Below are positions 44,377 to 53,479 of a stretch of 64,000 nt of DNA, piece by piece. The notes beneath the pieces were generated by a model, which saw nothing but the letters and a program-made list of their open reading frames with translations, searched no databases and was not told the origin of the DNA. Both the position numbers and the translations under genes were made by a program. This DNA is from Thermoproteota archaeon (lineage in GTDB: Archaea; Thermoproteota; Thermoprotei_A; Sulfolobales; Ignisphaeraceae), in NCBI GenBank assembly GCA_030550585.1, contig JAUQPB010000001.1, positions 192,001 through 256,000 on the forward strand. Reading direction: 5' to 3'. Position 1 is the first letter of the stretch, and each line of letters opens with the position of its first letter.

Positions 44377-45399
44377 TCACATTTCCCCTTTCTCTACAAC
44401 CTCTACCCCAGTTGATTCAATACCTGTAGCAACTATTGTGGCACCCAAAGCCTCGGCAACTCTCTTCAATATGTTTGCATGTTCCTCATCTCTTGCAAGA
44501 GCTATAAACGCGCCTCCACCACCAGCACCAGATGTCTTTGCTCCTAGGGCTCCAGCACCCCTAAGGGTGTTTACTATTGTGTGATGCTCTAGGCTAACAA
44601 CACCTAGCGAATCTAAAAGCCCATGGTTCAAGTTCATAAGAATTCCAATTCTTTCAGCATCTCCTTGTAGAATACTACTGCGAGCCTCTTCAACGATACT
44701 GCCAATAGCATCTACAATCTTGCTTGCGCTTATAGAGCTCTTCAAAAGTTTCTTCACATTCGATACTAGAACAGCTGTTGTCGACTTTTTTGGCGTATAT
44801 CCAACAATAAGATTCATTTTTGTTGGCGTTGGCAGAGGCTCTGCCTTGGGGGTAGCAGGATCTATATATCTAATGCCACCAAAAGTTATGGTGTAGGTGT
44901 CCATCGGGCTTGCCACTCCCTGAACAATTTGCTCTGTTCTCCATGAAAGCTTTGCTATAAGGCTTTTCTCAATCTCTGTTGTTGAAAGATATGTTGATAG
45001 ACATAATGTGGTTGTGGCAACAGATACCGCTGCTGATGTTCCTAACCCTACGCCTGTTGGAACAGGACTCTTTAGGTACATTATAAAGCCTCTTCTTCTA
45101 CCTGGTTTAACCTCATCCTCGCACAATCCAATAGCTGTTGCAATATAGCTGACAAATCTTTTTGCAACATCGTTGTCTACCTCAGTTTTGCTAAAAAGAT
45201 TGTCTTCTCTGTTAAACTCTATTTTTCTTATGGGTAGCAACACATTGTTGAATTCTACAACAATTTTCTGCTCATGAACATCCATAGCCTCGACAAGAAT
45301 GTGTAATGGTAGTGTAAATGCTATTGCAGGCTTTCCATAGACTACAGCATGCTCGCCAAACAATGTTGCCTTCAGCGGCACTTTGATAAGCATTTTCAA
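44377..45399 (-). CDS. mvk: mevalonate kinase
   Basis: LFGEHAVVYG, PTGVGLGTSAA, QGVASPMD, GAKTSGAGGGG. Confidence 0.92.
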   Translation of the reverse strand: MKMLIKVPLKATLFGEHAVVYGKPAIAFTLPLHILVEAMDVHEQKIVVEFNNVLLPIRKIEFNREDNLFSKTEVDNDVAKRFVSYIATAIGLCEDEVKPGRRRGFIMYLKSPVPTGVGLGTSAAVSVATTTLCLSTYLSTTEIEKSLIAKLSWRTEQIVQGVASPMDTYTITFGGIRYIDPATPKAEPLPTPTKMNLIVGYTPKKSTTAVLVSNVKKLLKSSISASKIVDAIGSIVEEARSSILQGDAERIGILMNLNHGLLDSLGVVSLEHHTIVNTLRGAGALGAKTSGAGGGGAFIALARDEEHANILKRVAEALGATIVATGIESTGVEVVEKGEM

Positions 45400-45442
45400 A
45401 TGTTTTGCACCAGTCGATTTGGGTTAAAGCCGGTTTTGATCA

Positions 45443-45497
45443 TGTCAGAGGAGGTTCATAACATCATCGCATCAGTGTGGGCAACAGATCATCATTG
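45443..45497 (-). ncRNA. box C/D sRNA whose box C overlaps the thrS stop codon
   Basis: Minus strand reads ATGATGA-TCTGTTGCCCACA-CTGA-tgcg-ATGATGT-TATGAACCTCCT-CTGA. Confidence 0.82.
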
Positions 45498-47354
45498 TGA
45501 TTTCACTGGCTGTAGATAGCTTAGCGACGGTCTCTTACTCACATATATAGGCATGGCCATGTCTATTTTTGGGTATCCTTCTAATTCCTTCTCAAGCATT
45601 TTAATAAGCTCTTCTACATTCATGCTCTTTTGGACTCCTGTAGCTCTTATTCTGACATTCACTGTACCCGTACTCACTTCTCTTTCACCAACTACAATCA
45701 CATATGGTATCCACTCAACCCCTGCATCACGAATCTTTTTACCAAGGCTCTCATCTCTGTCGTCGACGTCTACCCTGATACCATATGACAACAGTTTTTG
45801 TGCAATCTGTGTGGCATACTCCAGATACTCTTTTGACACGGGGATTACCCTTACTTGTATTGGTGAAAGCCAGAGTGGTAGTGTTGGAGGTACACCCTCC
45901 TTCTCCTTCTTTGCTATGGTATCGAAAACCATGTATATATATCTCTCTACAGATCCTATGATGGCTGTGTGTATTATAACAGGATACTTCTCATTTCCAT
46001 TCTCATCAACGTATTTGATGTTGAATCTCTTCGCATTTCCAACATCTATTTGCCACGTGGCTATTTCTCTTGGTCTGTTAAGCTCGTCGATAATCACATA
46101 CTCAACATTTATGACCCAGTAGTACATCCCTGCTGGATATACTGTTACCAGAACCGGCCTGCCCTCGCTTTTGACTAGCTCCACAATGTAGTCAAAGTTT
46201 GTTTTGAGGAAATCCTCTGTGATGTTATATATCGCTAGATACTCCCTTCCAATCTTCTTTGCCTCCTCAACGATCTTGCTCCTCACTAGAAGAGCTATTT
46301 TCTTTGCCTCCTCAAGATCTTTGGTCAATATGTGCAGATCTGGCATGTGAAATCTTCTCAATCTGAATCCTAGTACCAGCTCACCGCTTTGCTCATATCT
46401 GTAGCTGTCAGCCACTTCAAACATGCCCAGCGGCAAGTCTTTATAGCTTAGAACCCAGTCTTTTAATATGGAGAACTGCTGATAGCATGCAGCAAATCTT
46501 AGAATGAATCTGTCTGTATCCATTCTGACCTCGTACATTCTCTCGCCAAACAACTCAGCATGTTGCCTCACAGGCTCCGCCACTAGACTAAACATGTTTG
46601 TTCCCTTAACTCTGAAGACCGGTATACCGAGACTGCTTGCGGTTTTCCATGAGTACTGAGATACAGCCTCGAATATCACAGTTGCATGTGGTTCAAACCT
46701 CATGTGACCTCTATCCGATAGCTCCTCCCATTCAAAACCAAATTTCTTGAGGTATTGATATACCCTGCCCTGGCCACCCTCAGCCTCTTTTCTAAAAACC
46801 TCTTTCTCAACAAGAACTTTGAATTCATCGTCTTTGAATTCGTACTCCTCAGGCTTTACAAGTTTACCATCAGGTGTTAGAATATAATATTTTTTCTCTA
46901 TAGTCCTCCTAGCACCCTCTTCAACAGGTTTTATTGTCTTTGACAACTCGCTTAGGGGATGGCCATAGCAGTGAAGCTTAAACTCCTTGTACCAGCCAAA
47001 GGCCGCTCTATAAACTTTTTCAACTCCAATGGACGATCTAAGCCTATCTGCTAAGGCATTTAGAATCTTTTTTGCGGCCCCAGGTGGAGCTAGAGATTGT
47101 GATAGATGTGCATATGGATAGACAAGAATAGCTTGTGCATTAACATTCTTGTAAACGTTTAAGATTTCGTTTGCAGCCTTTTCAACAACTACTTCAATGT
47201 TTTTCTCGTCACCTTCTTCAACACTTGTAAACACAACGAGAACATTTTCAAGATGCTTCTCTGCAATATCATCCGACAACTCATCGGCGTTTTCAACAGC
47301 TTTTTCTTTTGCTTTGAACCAAAAATCCTTAGCGTGTATAAGCAGTAGACGCAA
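45492..47354 (-). CDS. thrS: threonyl-tRNA synthetase (archaeal type with N-terminal editing domain)
   Basis: MRLLLIH, YPYAHLS, GHPLSELS, FAAC, RYEQSGE..G..RLRRF.MPD.H, HTA..GS.ER. Confidence 0.97.
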   Translation of the reverse strand: MRLLLIHAKDFWFKAKEKAVENADELSDDIAEKHLENVLVVFTSVEEGDEKNIEVVVEKAANEILNVYKNVNAQAILVYPYAHLSQSLAPPGAAKKILNALADRLRSSIGVEKVYRAAFGWYKEFKLHCYGHPLSELSKTIKPVEEGARRTIEKKYYILTPDGKLVKPEEYEFKDDEFKVLVEKEVFRKEAEGGQGRVYQYLKKFGFEWEELSDRGHMRFEPHATVIFEAVSQYSWKTASSLGIPVFRVKGTNMFSLVAEPVRQHAELFGERMYEVRMDTDRFILRFAACYQQFSILKDWVLSYKDLPLGMFEVADSYRYEQSGELVLGFRLRRFHMPDLHILTKDLEEAKKIALLVRSKIVEEAKKIGREYLAIYNITEDFLKTNFDYIVELVKSEGRPVLVTVYPAGMYYWVINVEYVIIDELNRPREIATWQIDVGNAKRFNIKYVDENGNEKYPVIIHTAIIGSVERYIYMVFDTIAKKEKEGVPPTLPLWLSPIQVRVIPVSKEYLEYATQIAQKLLSYGIRVDVDDRDESLGKKIRDAGVEWIPYVIVVGEREVSTGTVNVRIRATGVQKSMNVEELIKMLEKELEGYPKIDMAMPIYVSKRPSLSYLQPVKSQ

Positions 47355-47501
47355 GTATGTTGCACCACATTGTTTAGGTGGGTGTATGCTAGCTTAAGCA
47401 ACTCTTCTAGACTCAATATAAGGTTTTTTGGAGATTCTGTTTCGGGCTAGACTCTAACAATATATTAGCTTTTTTCGAATGTATAAAACTCAGAAATTTG
47501 G

Positions 47502-48467
47502 GTGAAAATAGTGGTAACAGAAGAGAAGAAGGTGAAGAGCCTAGAGGAGCTTGGCATATCATCGACCATACTGAAAAAGCTTCAGGAAATGGGGATAACC
47601 ACCGTAGAGGCCTTGGCAGCTGCTAACCCGCAAGAGCTTAGCCAAAACCTTGCCATACCCCTTCCAACAATACAGAAGCTGGTCTCCCAGGCTAGAGCAG
47701 CTCTTGGACTTGGATTCAAAACTGCTTTAGAGATAAAGAAAGAGAGAATGAGCCTACCGAAGATAACCACTGGAAGCAAGAATCTAGATAATCTACTCGG
47801 TGGGGGTGTGGAGGTGAAGACAATAACAGAGTTCTTCGGAGAGTTTGGAAGTGGCAAAACCCAGTTGTGCCACCAGCTAGCAGTGAATGTGCAGCTACCG
47901 CTTGAGAAAGGCGGCTTAGGTAAAAAGGCTATATATATAGATACTGAGGGGACGTTCAGATGGGAGAGAATAGAGGCTATGGCCAGAGGGCTTGGCCTTG
48001 ACCCGGATAAGACCATGGAGAACATACTCTATGTCAGAGCTGTTAACAGCGACCACCAAATGGCTGTTGTTGAAGAGCTGAAGGATTTGATACCAAAAGA
48101 GGACATTGGGCTTGTAGTTGTAGACTCCGTAACAGGTCACTTCAGAGCTGAGTATCCAGGCCGAGAAAACCTTGCTGTTAGACAGCAAAAACTCAATAGA
48201 CATCTGCATCAGTTAATGTCGTTGGCAGAGCTATTCGATGTTGCTGTTGTTATAACCAACCAGGTTATGGCAAGACCAGATGTATTCTATGGAGATCCAA
48301 CAACTGCTATAGGAGGCCATGTGCTATATCATGCGCCTGGAATCAGAGTCCAGCTGAAGAAGAGTAGGGGCAATAGAAGAATAGCTAGAATAGTTGATGC
48401 ACCCCACCTACCAGAGAGCGAAGCTGTTTTCGCAATAACTGAGGTTGGTGTGAGAGACCCAGAATAA
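47502..48467 (+). CDS. radA: DNA recombinase RadA
   Basis: [34 protein letters not shown]. No intein. Confidence 0.98.
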   Translation: MKIVVTEEKKVKSLEELGISSTILKKLQEMGITTVEALAAANPQELSQNLAIPLPTIQKLVSQARAALGLGFKTALEIKKERMSLPKITTGSKNLDNLLGGGVEVKTITEFFGEFGSGKTQLCHQLAVNVQLPLEKGGLGKKAIYIDTEGTFRWERIEAMARGLGLDPDKTMENILYVRAVNSDHQMAVVEELKDLIPKEDIGLVVVDSVTGHFRAEYPGRENLAVRQQKLNRHLHQLMSLAELFDVAVVITNQVMARPDVFYGDPTTAIGGHVLYHAPGIRVQLKKSRGNRRIARIVDAPHLPESEAVFAITEVGVRDPE

Positions 48468-48518
48468 ATCGCTTTGTCCAAGACCCATATAAGATCATGT
48501 ATAGTGTGAGATTCAACA

Positions 48519-49286
48519 TTGCAGACAGGTATTTTGGAGGAAATCGTCATAGCTTCTATCGCAATACTAACCTTTGTTGTTGCAGGCGTTTTTGATTGGA
48601 GGAATAGAGAAGTTGATCCAAGGATATGGATAGCACCAATAGTTGTGGGCATAATCTTCAATTTCTTCTACATTACCTTCCAAGCCTACGATAAAACAAT
48701 TCTGCTGTTCCAAATAGGCATTGCAGTATTTTTTGTTTTAACAATAGCTATTCTGGTTTTTGTTGTGAACTTGCTTGGTGGTGCAGACTTCATGGCTATA
48801 TCAACATTTGTTGCTTTATACCCATTCAACAGACTTGCTATAGCTAAGAGTGTTGTGCTTGGAAATAGATGTGTTTTTCTATTCAACTTGTTTCCACCTG
48901 TTCTATGGCTTCTAGCAATATATTCTATGATCATGCTATTCATCATTATAAGGAATGTTATACACAATCTGTTTGTATATAGGAGCATTAAGGAGATGAG
49001 AATTCCCATCCATAAAAAGGTTTTTTATATGGCGTTCAACAGGTTTATGACTGTTGATGAATATATGAGGAAGAGGTTCTATTACCCTGTCTATGTTCCG
49101 GGGGTTGTTGACAGAGTTACTTTTGATATATATGAGGATGATGCTGATTGGAAAAAGAAGTTAGGGGTGCTACCCAAAGACACTATAATTGTTGTTTCGT
49201 GGGGGATACCAATGGTTTCCTTCCTGTCTATTTCAGCAACAATCTATATAGTGATGTATGTTCTGTTTTATCTATCTATTGCTTGA
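48519..49286 (+). CDS. A24 family prepilin/preflagellin peptidase (PibD/FlaK-like)
   Basis: DWRNREV, LGGAD, C-terminal V.WGIPM. Membrane helices. Confidence 0.85.
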   Translation: MQTGILEEIVIASIAILTFVVAGVFDWRNREVDPRIWIAPIVVGIIFNFFYITFQAYDKTILLFQIGIAVFFVLTIAILVFVVNLLGGADFMAISTFVALYPFNRLAIAKSVVLGNRCVFLFNLFPPVLWLLAIYSMIMLFIIIRNVIHNLFVYRSIKEMRIPIHKKVFYMAFNRFMTVDEYMRKRFYYPVYVPGVVDRVTFDIYEDDADWKKKLGVLPKDTIIVVSWGIPMVSFLSISATIYIVMYVLFYLSIA

Positions 49287-49364
49287 TTTGTGATAAAGCT
49301 TTAATAGTTGCTTTGACTATTGTTGCAAACTGAGAAATAGTTTGGCCTAGGGTGGCTACAGGTA

Positions 49365-49865
49365 GTGTTTAGTGGAAGAATGGTTTTGTGGGCTCCTTGG
49401 AGAGAATCCTATGTGGTACAGCAATATAGTGGTGAGTGCATATTTTGTAAAGCTGTAAACCAAGATGATCTGGCCAACTATGTTGTTTACAGATCCAAGC
49501 ATAGCATAGCTCTTCTCAACAAGTATCCTTATAACAATGGGCATGTGATGGTTGCCCCAATAAAGCATGTACCAAGTCTTGAGATGCTTTCCGACGATGA
49601 GTTGCTCGATCTTGCAAAAACTGTGTCAATTGTTTTAAAGGCTCTTAGAAAGTGTTATAATCCACATGGCTTTAATATTGGAGCCAACATTGGGAGGGCT
49701 GCTGGAGCAGGTATAGAGGGGCATCTACACATACACATAGTTCCTAGGTGGAACGGAGACACAAACTTCATGCCTGTTATAGCAAATACCAAGGTCATTC
49801 CAGAAGACCTCAACGTAAGCTGGAAGAAAATTAGAAGTTGCTTAGAGGATGTATCCTCAGATTAG
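49365..49865 (+). CDS. HIT family hydrolase (Ap4A phosphorylase-like)
   Basis: LWAPWR, CIFC, LNKYPYNNGH, HLHIHIVPRW. Confidence 0.92.
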   Translation: MFSGRMVLWAPWRESYVVQQYSGECIFCKAVNQDDLANYVVYRSKHSIALLNKYPYNNGHVMVAPIKHVPSLEMLSDDELLDLAKTVSIVLKALRKCYNPHGFNIGANIGRAAGAGIEGHLHIHIVPRWNGDTNFMPVIANTKVIPEDLNVSWKKIRSCLEDVSSD

Positions 49866-49906
49866 AGCCCATCATCACACATCAGATTTGCTACATAACA
49901 TCATCT
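49855..49906 (-). ncRNA. box C/D sRNA antisense to the HIT gene 3' end
   Basis: Minus strand reads ATGATGT-TATGTAGCAAAT-CTGA-tgt-GTGATGA-TGGGCTCTAAT-CTGA. Confidence 0.78.
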
Positions 49907-50039
49907 ATAGTTAACTGCATTTTCGTCCAACCTCTTCTAACAGTTCATTGATTAAAATTCTTATCTGATCCAAAGTATTTGAGCCTCTTTATAAAAAATT
50001 TATAAGGATATGCATGGGATATTATAACGGTGTATAGCT

Positions 50040-50672
50040 GTGGCCCAGACACAACAGCTATCAACTAGCGAAATTGTTAAGAAGACTTCAGCGGCATTAG
50101 TAAGTGTTGTGCTCTATGTAGTACTCTACGTACTAGTCTCAGCCCTCGCCCACTACCTGATGACCGAACTATTACCAAGATACGGAATAGCTGTTGCCAA
50201 TTACGAGGTCTATGTACAGATCCTGCTAGCACTTGCATTCGGCTATATGATAGTAAACGGTGTAGCAACATTCTTCTACTGGTCAACAAGAGCAAAATAC
50301 GATCATCCGACGGCGGCCGCTATTAGAAACGTTGTTAGAATTATTGGCGTTGGCGCAATGATCGCAGCAATAGCTGGTGGTGTCGCCGGGGGAGCAGCTG
50401 GAGTAGCACTAGGAGGCTTCCTAGGCATGGTAATAGGCTTTGCATCCCAGCAGGTACTCGGACAAGCAATTGCAGGACTCTTCCTACTAATCTCAAGACC
50501 CTTCAGAATAGGTGATGCTGTCGTCATAGCCGGTGAAGATGGTGTAGTAGACGATGTTGCAACACTATTCACAACAGTAATCAAAGCAGATGGAACAAAG
50601 GTTCTAATACCAAACAATTCAATAGTAGGAAGCAAAATATATCTAAAGCCAAAACAACAACCAAAACAATAA
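50040..50672 (+). CDS. short MscS-family mechanosensitive channel
   Basis: TM helices, GFASQQVLGQAIAG, RPFRIGD, G.V.D, IPN. Confidence 0.88.
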   Translation: MAQTQQLSTSEIVKKTSAALVSVVLYVVLYVLVSALAHYLMTELLPRYGIAVANYEVYVQILLALAFGYMIVNGVATFFYWSTRAKYDHPTAAAIRNVVRIIGVGAMIAAIAGGVAGGAAGVALGGFLGMVIGFASQQVLGQAIAGLFLLISRPFRIGDAVVIAGEDGVVDDVATLFTTVIKADGTKVLIPNNSIVGSKIYLKPKQQPKQ

Positions 50673-50796
50673 CAAAACATTTTTTAATCTTCTAATCCTC
50701 AAACCCATTCTCCATCAGAACAACTAAAATCCACTTCATAGAAAACACAACACTGAAATAACCCACAAAACAAGTAAAACTAGGATAAATCACTAA

Positions 50797-50874
50797 GGGC
50801 CCGTAGCCCAGCCAGGACAGGGCGCCGGCCTCCGGAGCCGGAGGTCCCGGGTTCAAATCCCGGCGGGCCCGCCA
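50797..50874 (+). tRNA. tRNA-Arg(CCG), CCA encoded; probable integration site
   Basis: GGGCCCG TA GCCC AGCCAGGACA GGGC G CCGGC CT CCG GA GCCGG AGGTC CCGGG TTCAAAT CCCGG CGGGCCC G CCA, followed by a T run. Confidence 0.97.
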
Positions 50875-50911
50875 GTTTTTAATCACTCAAGTAAAAAAGC
50901 TTATTAACTCT

Positions 50912-50951
50912 CCTAATGTTTCAGTTTCATGGTGCAGGCTGAAACATCAGG
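50912..50951. promoter_or_regulatory. inverted repeat over the integrase promoter/start (putative operator)
   Basis: CCTAATGTTTCAG-14 nt-CTGAAACATCAGG (12/13 complementary), just downstream of TATA-like TTATTAAC at 50901. Confidence 0.5.
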
Positions 50952-52236
50952 CGTGATAGCTTTGAGTGATGGTAGTTCTGAATGGTGGAATAGGATAAAT
51001 GTCTCAAAGATTGATGAAGACTCACGCTACAAGATTCTCTCCTATTTAGTCGAGAAATATGGGAGGAAGAAGGTAATGGAGGAAGCAGGTATTAGCCGTG
51101 TGACGCTGTGGAGATTGCTAAACCGGGTATCCCCGGTAGACCCAGAGTACATAGTCCCACTCCTCAAGCTCCTCACGCAGACAGAGTTTGAGAGTTTAGT
51201 ATCGGCGAAGAACAGACTCAGATCCCTCGGCATAATGAGAGACGATGGAACTGTAGACTACAGTCTGGTCTTGGAAATACTATCCATAGCTAGGAGCGAT
51301 GAATATCTTAAGAACGCTGTACTGAGGTTTGTCGTCCAAGAGTTTAAGGAAGATATTAGGAAAATGCTCGGGATAAGCTTCACAGGTATAAAGCTTGAGT
51401 GGAGTGAAGACTTCGAAAACTTTCTTGTGGAACGTAAGAAGCGTAGAAAGGTGAGAGACCCAGAGACCGTAAAGTACTACAGAAACCTCTTCAAGAGATA
51501 CCTAGAAGGAAAAGAACTCTCCGAAGAACTAATAGACTACATTGTTAGACACCAGAACAAATGGCTTAGGAACGTGTTCAGACACTACGTACAGTACCTA
51601 TACCATAAGAGAAGAATTCCCCCAGAAACCTTCGGCTGGATAATGGAGGTAGTCCCCTCAAGAGGGTATAGACTAGACGTAAGACCCTACCAGATCTCCA
51701 TAGAAGATGTTAGGAAGACCCTAGAGTTCTTGAAGGAGAACCACAAGACATACTACACAGTATACAGAGCAATGCTTGAGTCTGGAGCAAGGTTCGAACA
51801 CGTACTGGAGATGATAAGGACGTGGAACCCTAGAGAAACTGTAGTTATAGAGTCCATAGACCTAGAGGTGGAGAGGTTAGTGTGCTTCGATAGGTTCTGC
51901 AGGTACTACCTAGGTCTCAGAGGTCACCAGAAACCGTGTGAATGGATATACATGTCTAGAGGTACTATAGAGCTCTTGAAAACACTAGCACCCAAAGATA
52001 TTGATAGGAATAGTGTTAGAAGGTATGCCAGGAGGTATAGCCTAACCCTGCCGAAGATGTTTAGGAAAGTCTCATGGAGGATAATGGTTCAGACTATGCC
52101 TAGGGAGGTAGCGAGGTTTATCCAGAGCAGGTTCGGAGAACTAAGGGTAAGTGAGGCGAGGTACGAAGACCTCCTATCAGAGGCAGATGAACACTACCCA
52201 AAATACCTAGAAAAATTGGGAGAAGCTCAATTTTAG
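50929..52236 (+). CDS. int: tyrosine recombinase/integrase with N-terminal HTH
   Basis: HTH (EEAGISRVTLWRLL), then SGAR, KMFRK, FIQSR and terminal RY catalytic pattern. Intact ORF beside a tRNA. Confidence 0.88.
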   Translation: MVQAETSGVIALSDGSSEWWNRINVSKIDEDSRYKILSYLVEKYGRKKVMEEAGISRVTLWRLLNRVSPVDPEYIVPLLKLLTQTEFESLVSAKNRLRSLGIMRDDGTVDYSLVLEILSIARSDEYLKNAVLRFVVQEFKEDIRKMLGISFTGIKLEWSEDFENFLVERKKRRKVRDPETVKYYRNLFKRYLEGKELSEELIDYIVRHQNKWLRNVFRHYVQYLYHKRRIPPETFGWIMEVVPSRGYRLDVRPYQISIEDVRKTLEFLKENHKTYYTVYRAMLESGARFEHVLEMIRTWNPRETVVIESIDLEVERLVCFDRFCRYYLGLRGHQKPCEWIYMSRGTIELLKTLAPKDIDRNSVRRYARRYSLTLPKMFRKVSWRIMVQTMPREVARFIQSRFGELRVSEARYEDLLSEADEHYPKYLEKLGEAQF

Positions 52237-52237
52237 T

Positions 52238-52451
52238 ATGACCCCTCCCTACCCTAGGGTGCGAGGATCCGGGGAAGTTTAGAGCTACACTCTCGGTTCA
52301 GTCTGCGTCTGGTTTCAGGCGCATTACCGTTCCTGCATAGAGCTGAGCCCGGAGGTGTGGCTTTGTTTTCTCGATGCATAGTAGAGGATACATAGCTTAA
52401 ACCTTACCACACCATCCCCCGCCCTAAAGTGCGAGGCTTTCAGGTTGCAAT
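52238..52451 (-). mobile_element. non-autonomous IS200/IS605-family miniature element
   Basis: On the minus strand the left end GAAAGCCTCGCACTTTAGGGCGGGGGATG and right end GGATCCTCGCACCCTAGGGTAGGGAGGGGTCAT both resemble archaeal IS200/IS605 subterminal hairpins. No ORF lies between them. Confidence 0.65.
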
Positions 52452-52470
52452 ATAAATGTATTAATAACAT

Positions 52471-53115
52471 TCATAGGTCGCAGATAGACCCCTTCACAAC
52501 CACCAAAAGAAAACTCTTAATCTCTTCCAATCCATTGATGAGGTAAATACTAACACGAGACTTATCCTCCATTTGTAGAGCTAGTAGCGCTGGAAGAATA
52601 TACATGTCCAGAGAAGTAAATACACCATCCCCCTCAAGATATACCAACCCGGCAAGATTACCAGGAAACCACGGAGCAGACCACCGATACACCCCCAAAT
52701 CCACCCTAGTATCCAACTTTCTACCAAACGAGATAAGATCATCCACAGAATACTTCCATAACACACCACCAACCTCCCCCCTAAGATATCCGTACTCCAA
52801 CACGTCCTCAACCCTACCAACCTCCCTCACCCTCCTAACCACAACCTCGGGAATCTTCTGAACCATTATTCTCTTAGGAGAGAGATAATAACAAAAAACC
52901 GGATCGCAACTTGGAAACTGAGGAAGAACCCTAACCCCATCCAAAGAAAGGAATCTGGATGGGACGTACACCACCTCCCAACCATTAAAAACACGATAAA
53001 GAATTACATAGGTAGACAGAAAACCACCATGACCAAAGTACACATACGGAAACCACACCCCCCTGACCTCCCTAACCACCACACCCACCCACACCAACCC
53101 TATATACACCGACAA
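52471..53115 (-). CDS. hypothetical protein (mobile element orphan)
   Basis: 214-aa ORF with coding-like G/T strand bias. No motif recognised. Confidence 0.6.
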   Translation of the reverse strand: MSVYIGLVWVGVVVREVRGVWFPYVYFGHGGFLSTYVILYRVFNGWEVVYVPSRFLSLDGVRVLPQFPSCDPVFCYYLSPKRIMVQKIPEVVVRRVREVGRVEDVLEYGYLRGEVGGVLWKYSVDDLISFGRKLDTRVDLGVYRWSAPWFPGNLAGLVYLEGDGVFTSLDMYILPALLALQMEDKSRVSIYLINGLEEIKSFLLVVVKGSICDL

Positions 53116-53122
53116 CTACTGC

Positions 53123-53479
53123 CATGCCGTTATGAGATCCCCCGACATACTGTTATGAGACCCACATCACCCGCCACATCACCCGCCACGGGGCGGCTCA
53201 TGATTACATTTATTATTATGATCAAATAGTATATGTATAGCACACCGTTATGACACCCACAGTTTTCCCACCATCGATTCTTGATCAGGAAATAATTAAA
53301 ATAGTTGAAAACAGACAATACCATGCCGTTATGAGACCCCTAGATATATATACACAATAACAATATTTAGTGAATACTGACATGCCCTTATGAGACCTAC
53401 TGTCATCCGCTTACGAGACCCTACTGATGAACCATTGCCATGCCGTTATGAGACCTTTTGACATACAGTTATGAGACCC
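53123..53479. repeat. eight degenerate 18-bp direct repeats, consensus CATRCCGTTATGAGACCC (iteron-like)
   Basis: Copies start at 53123, 53146, 53241, 53322, 53381, 53404, 53439 and 53462, with AT-rich gaps. Tandem 12-mer ACATCACCCGCC x2 at 53164-53187. Confidence 0.9.

Noticed and set aside
50929-52236. SSV1-style split integrase
   Set aside because: The ORF begins after the tRNA and contains no tRNA-derived att sequence.
53123-53479. CRISPR or mini-CRISPR array
   Set aside because: Repeats are only 18 bp and degenerate. Gaps are 5, 77, 63, 41, 5, 17 and 5 nt. No cas genes in the window.
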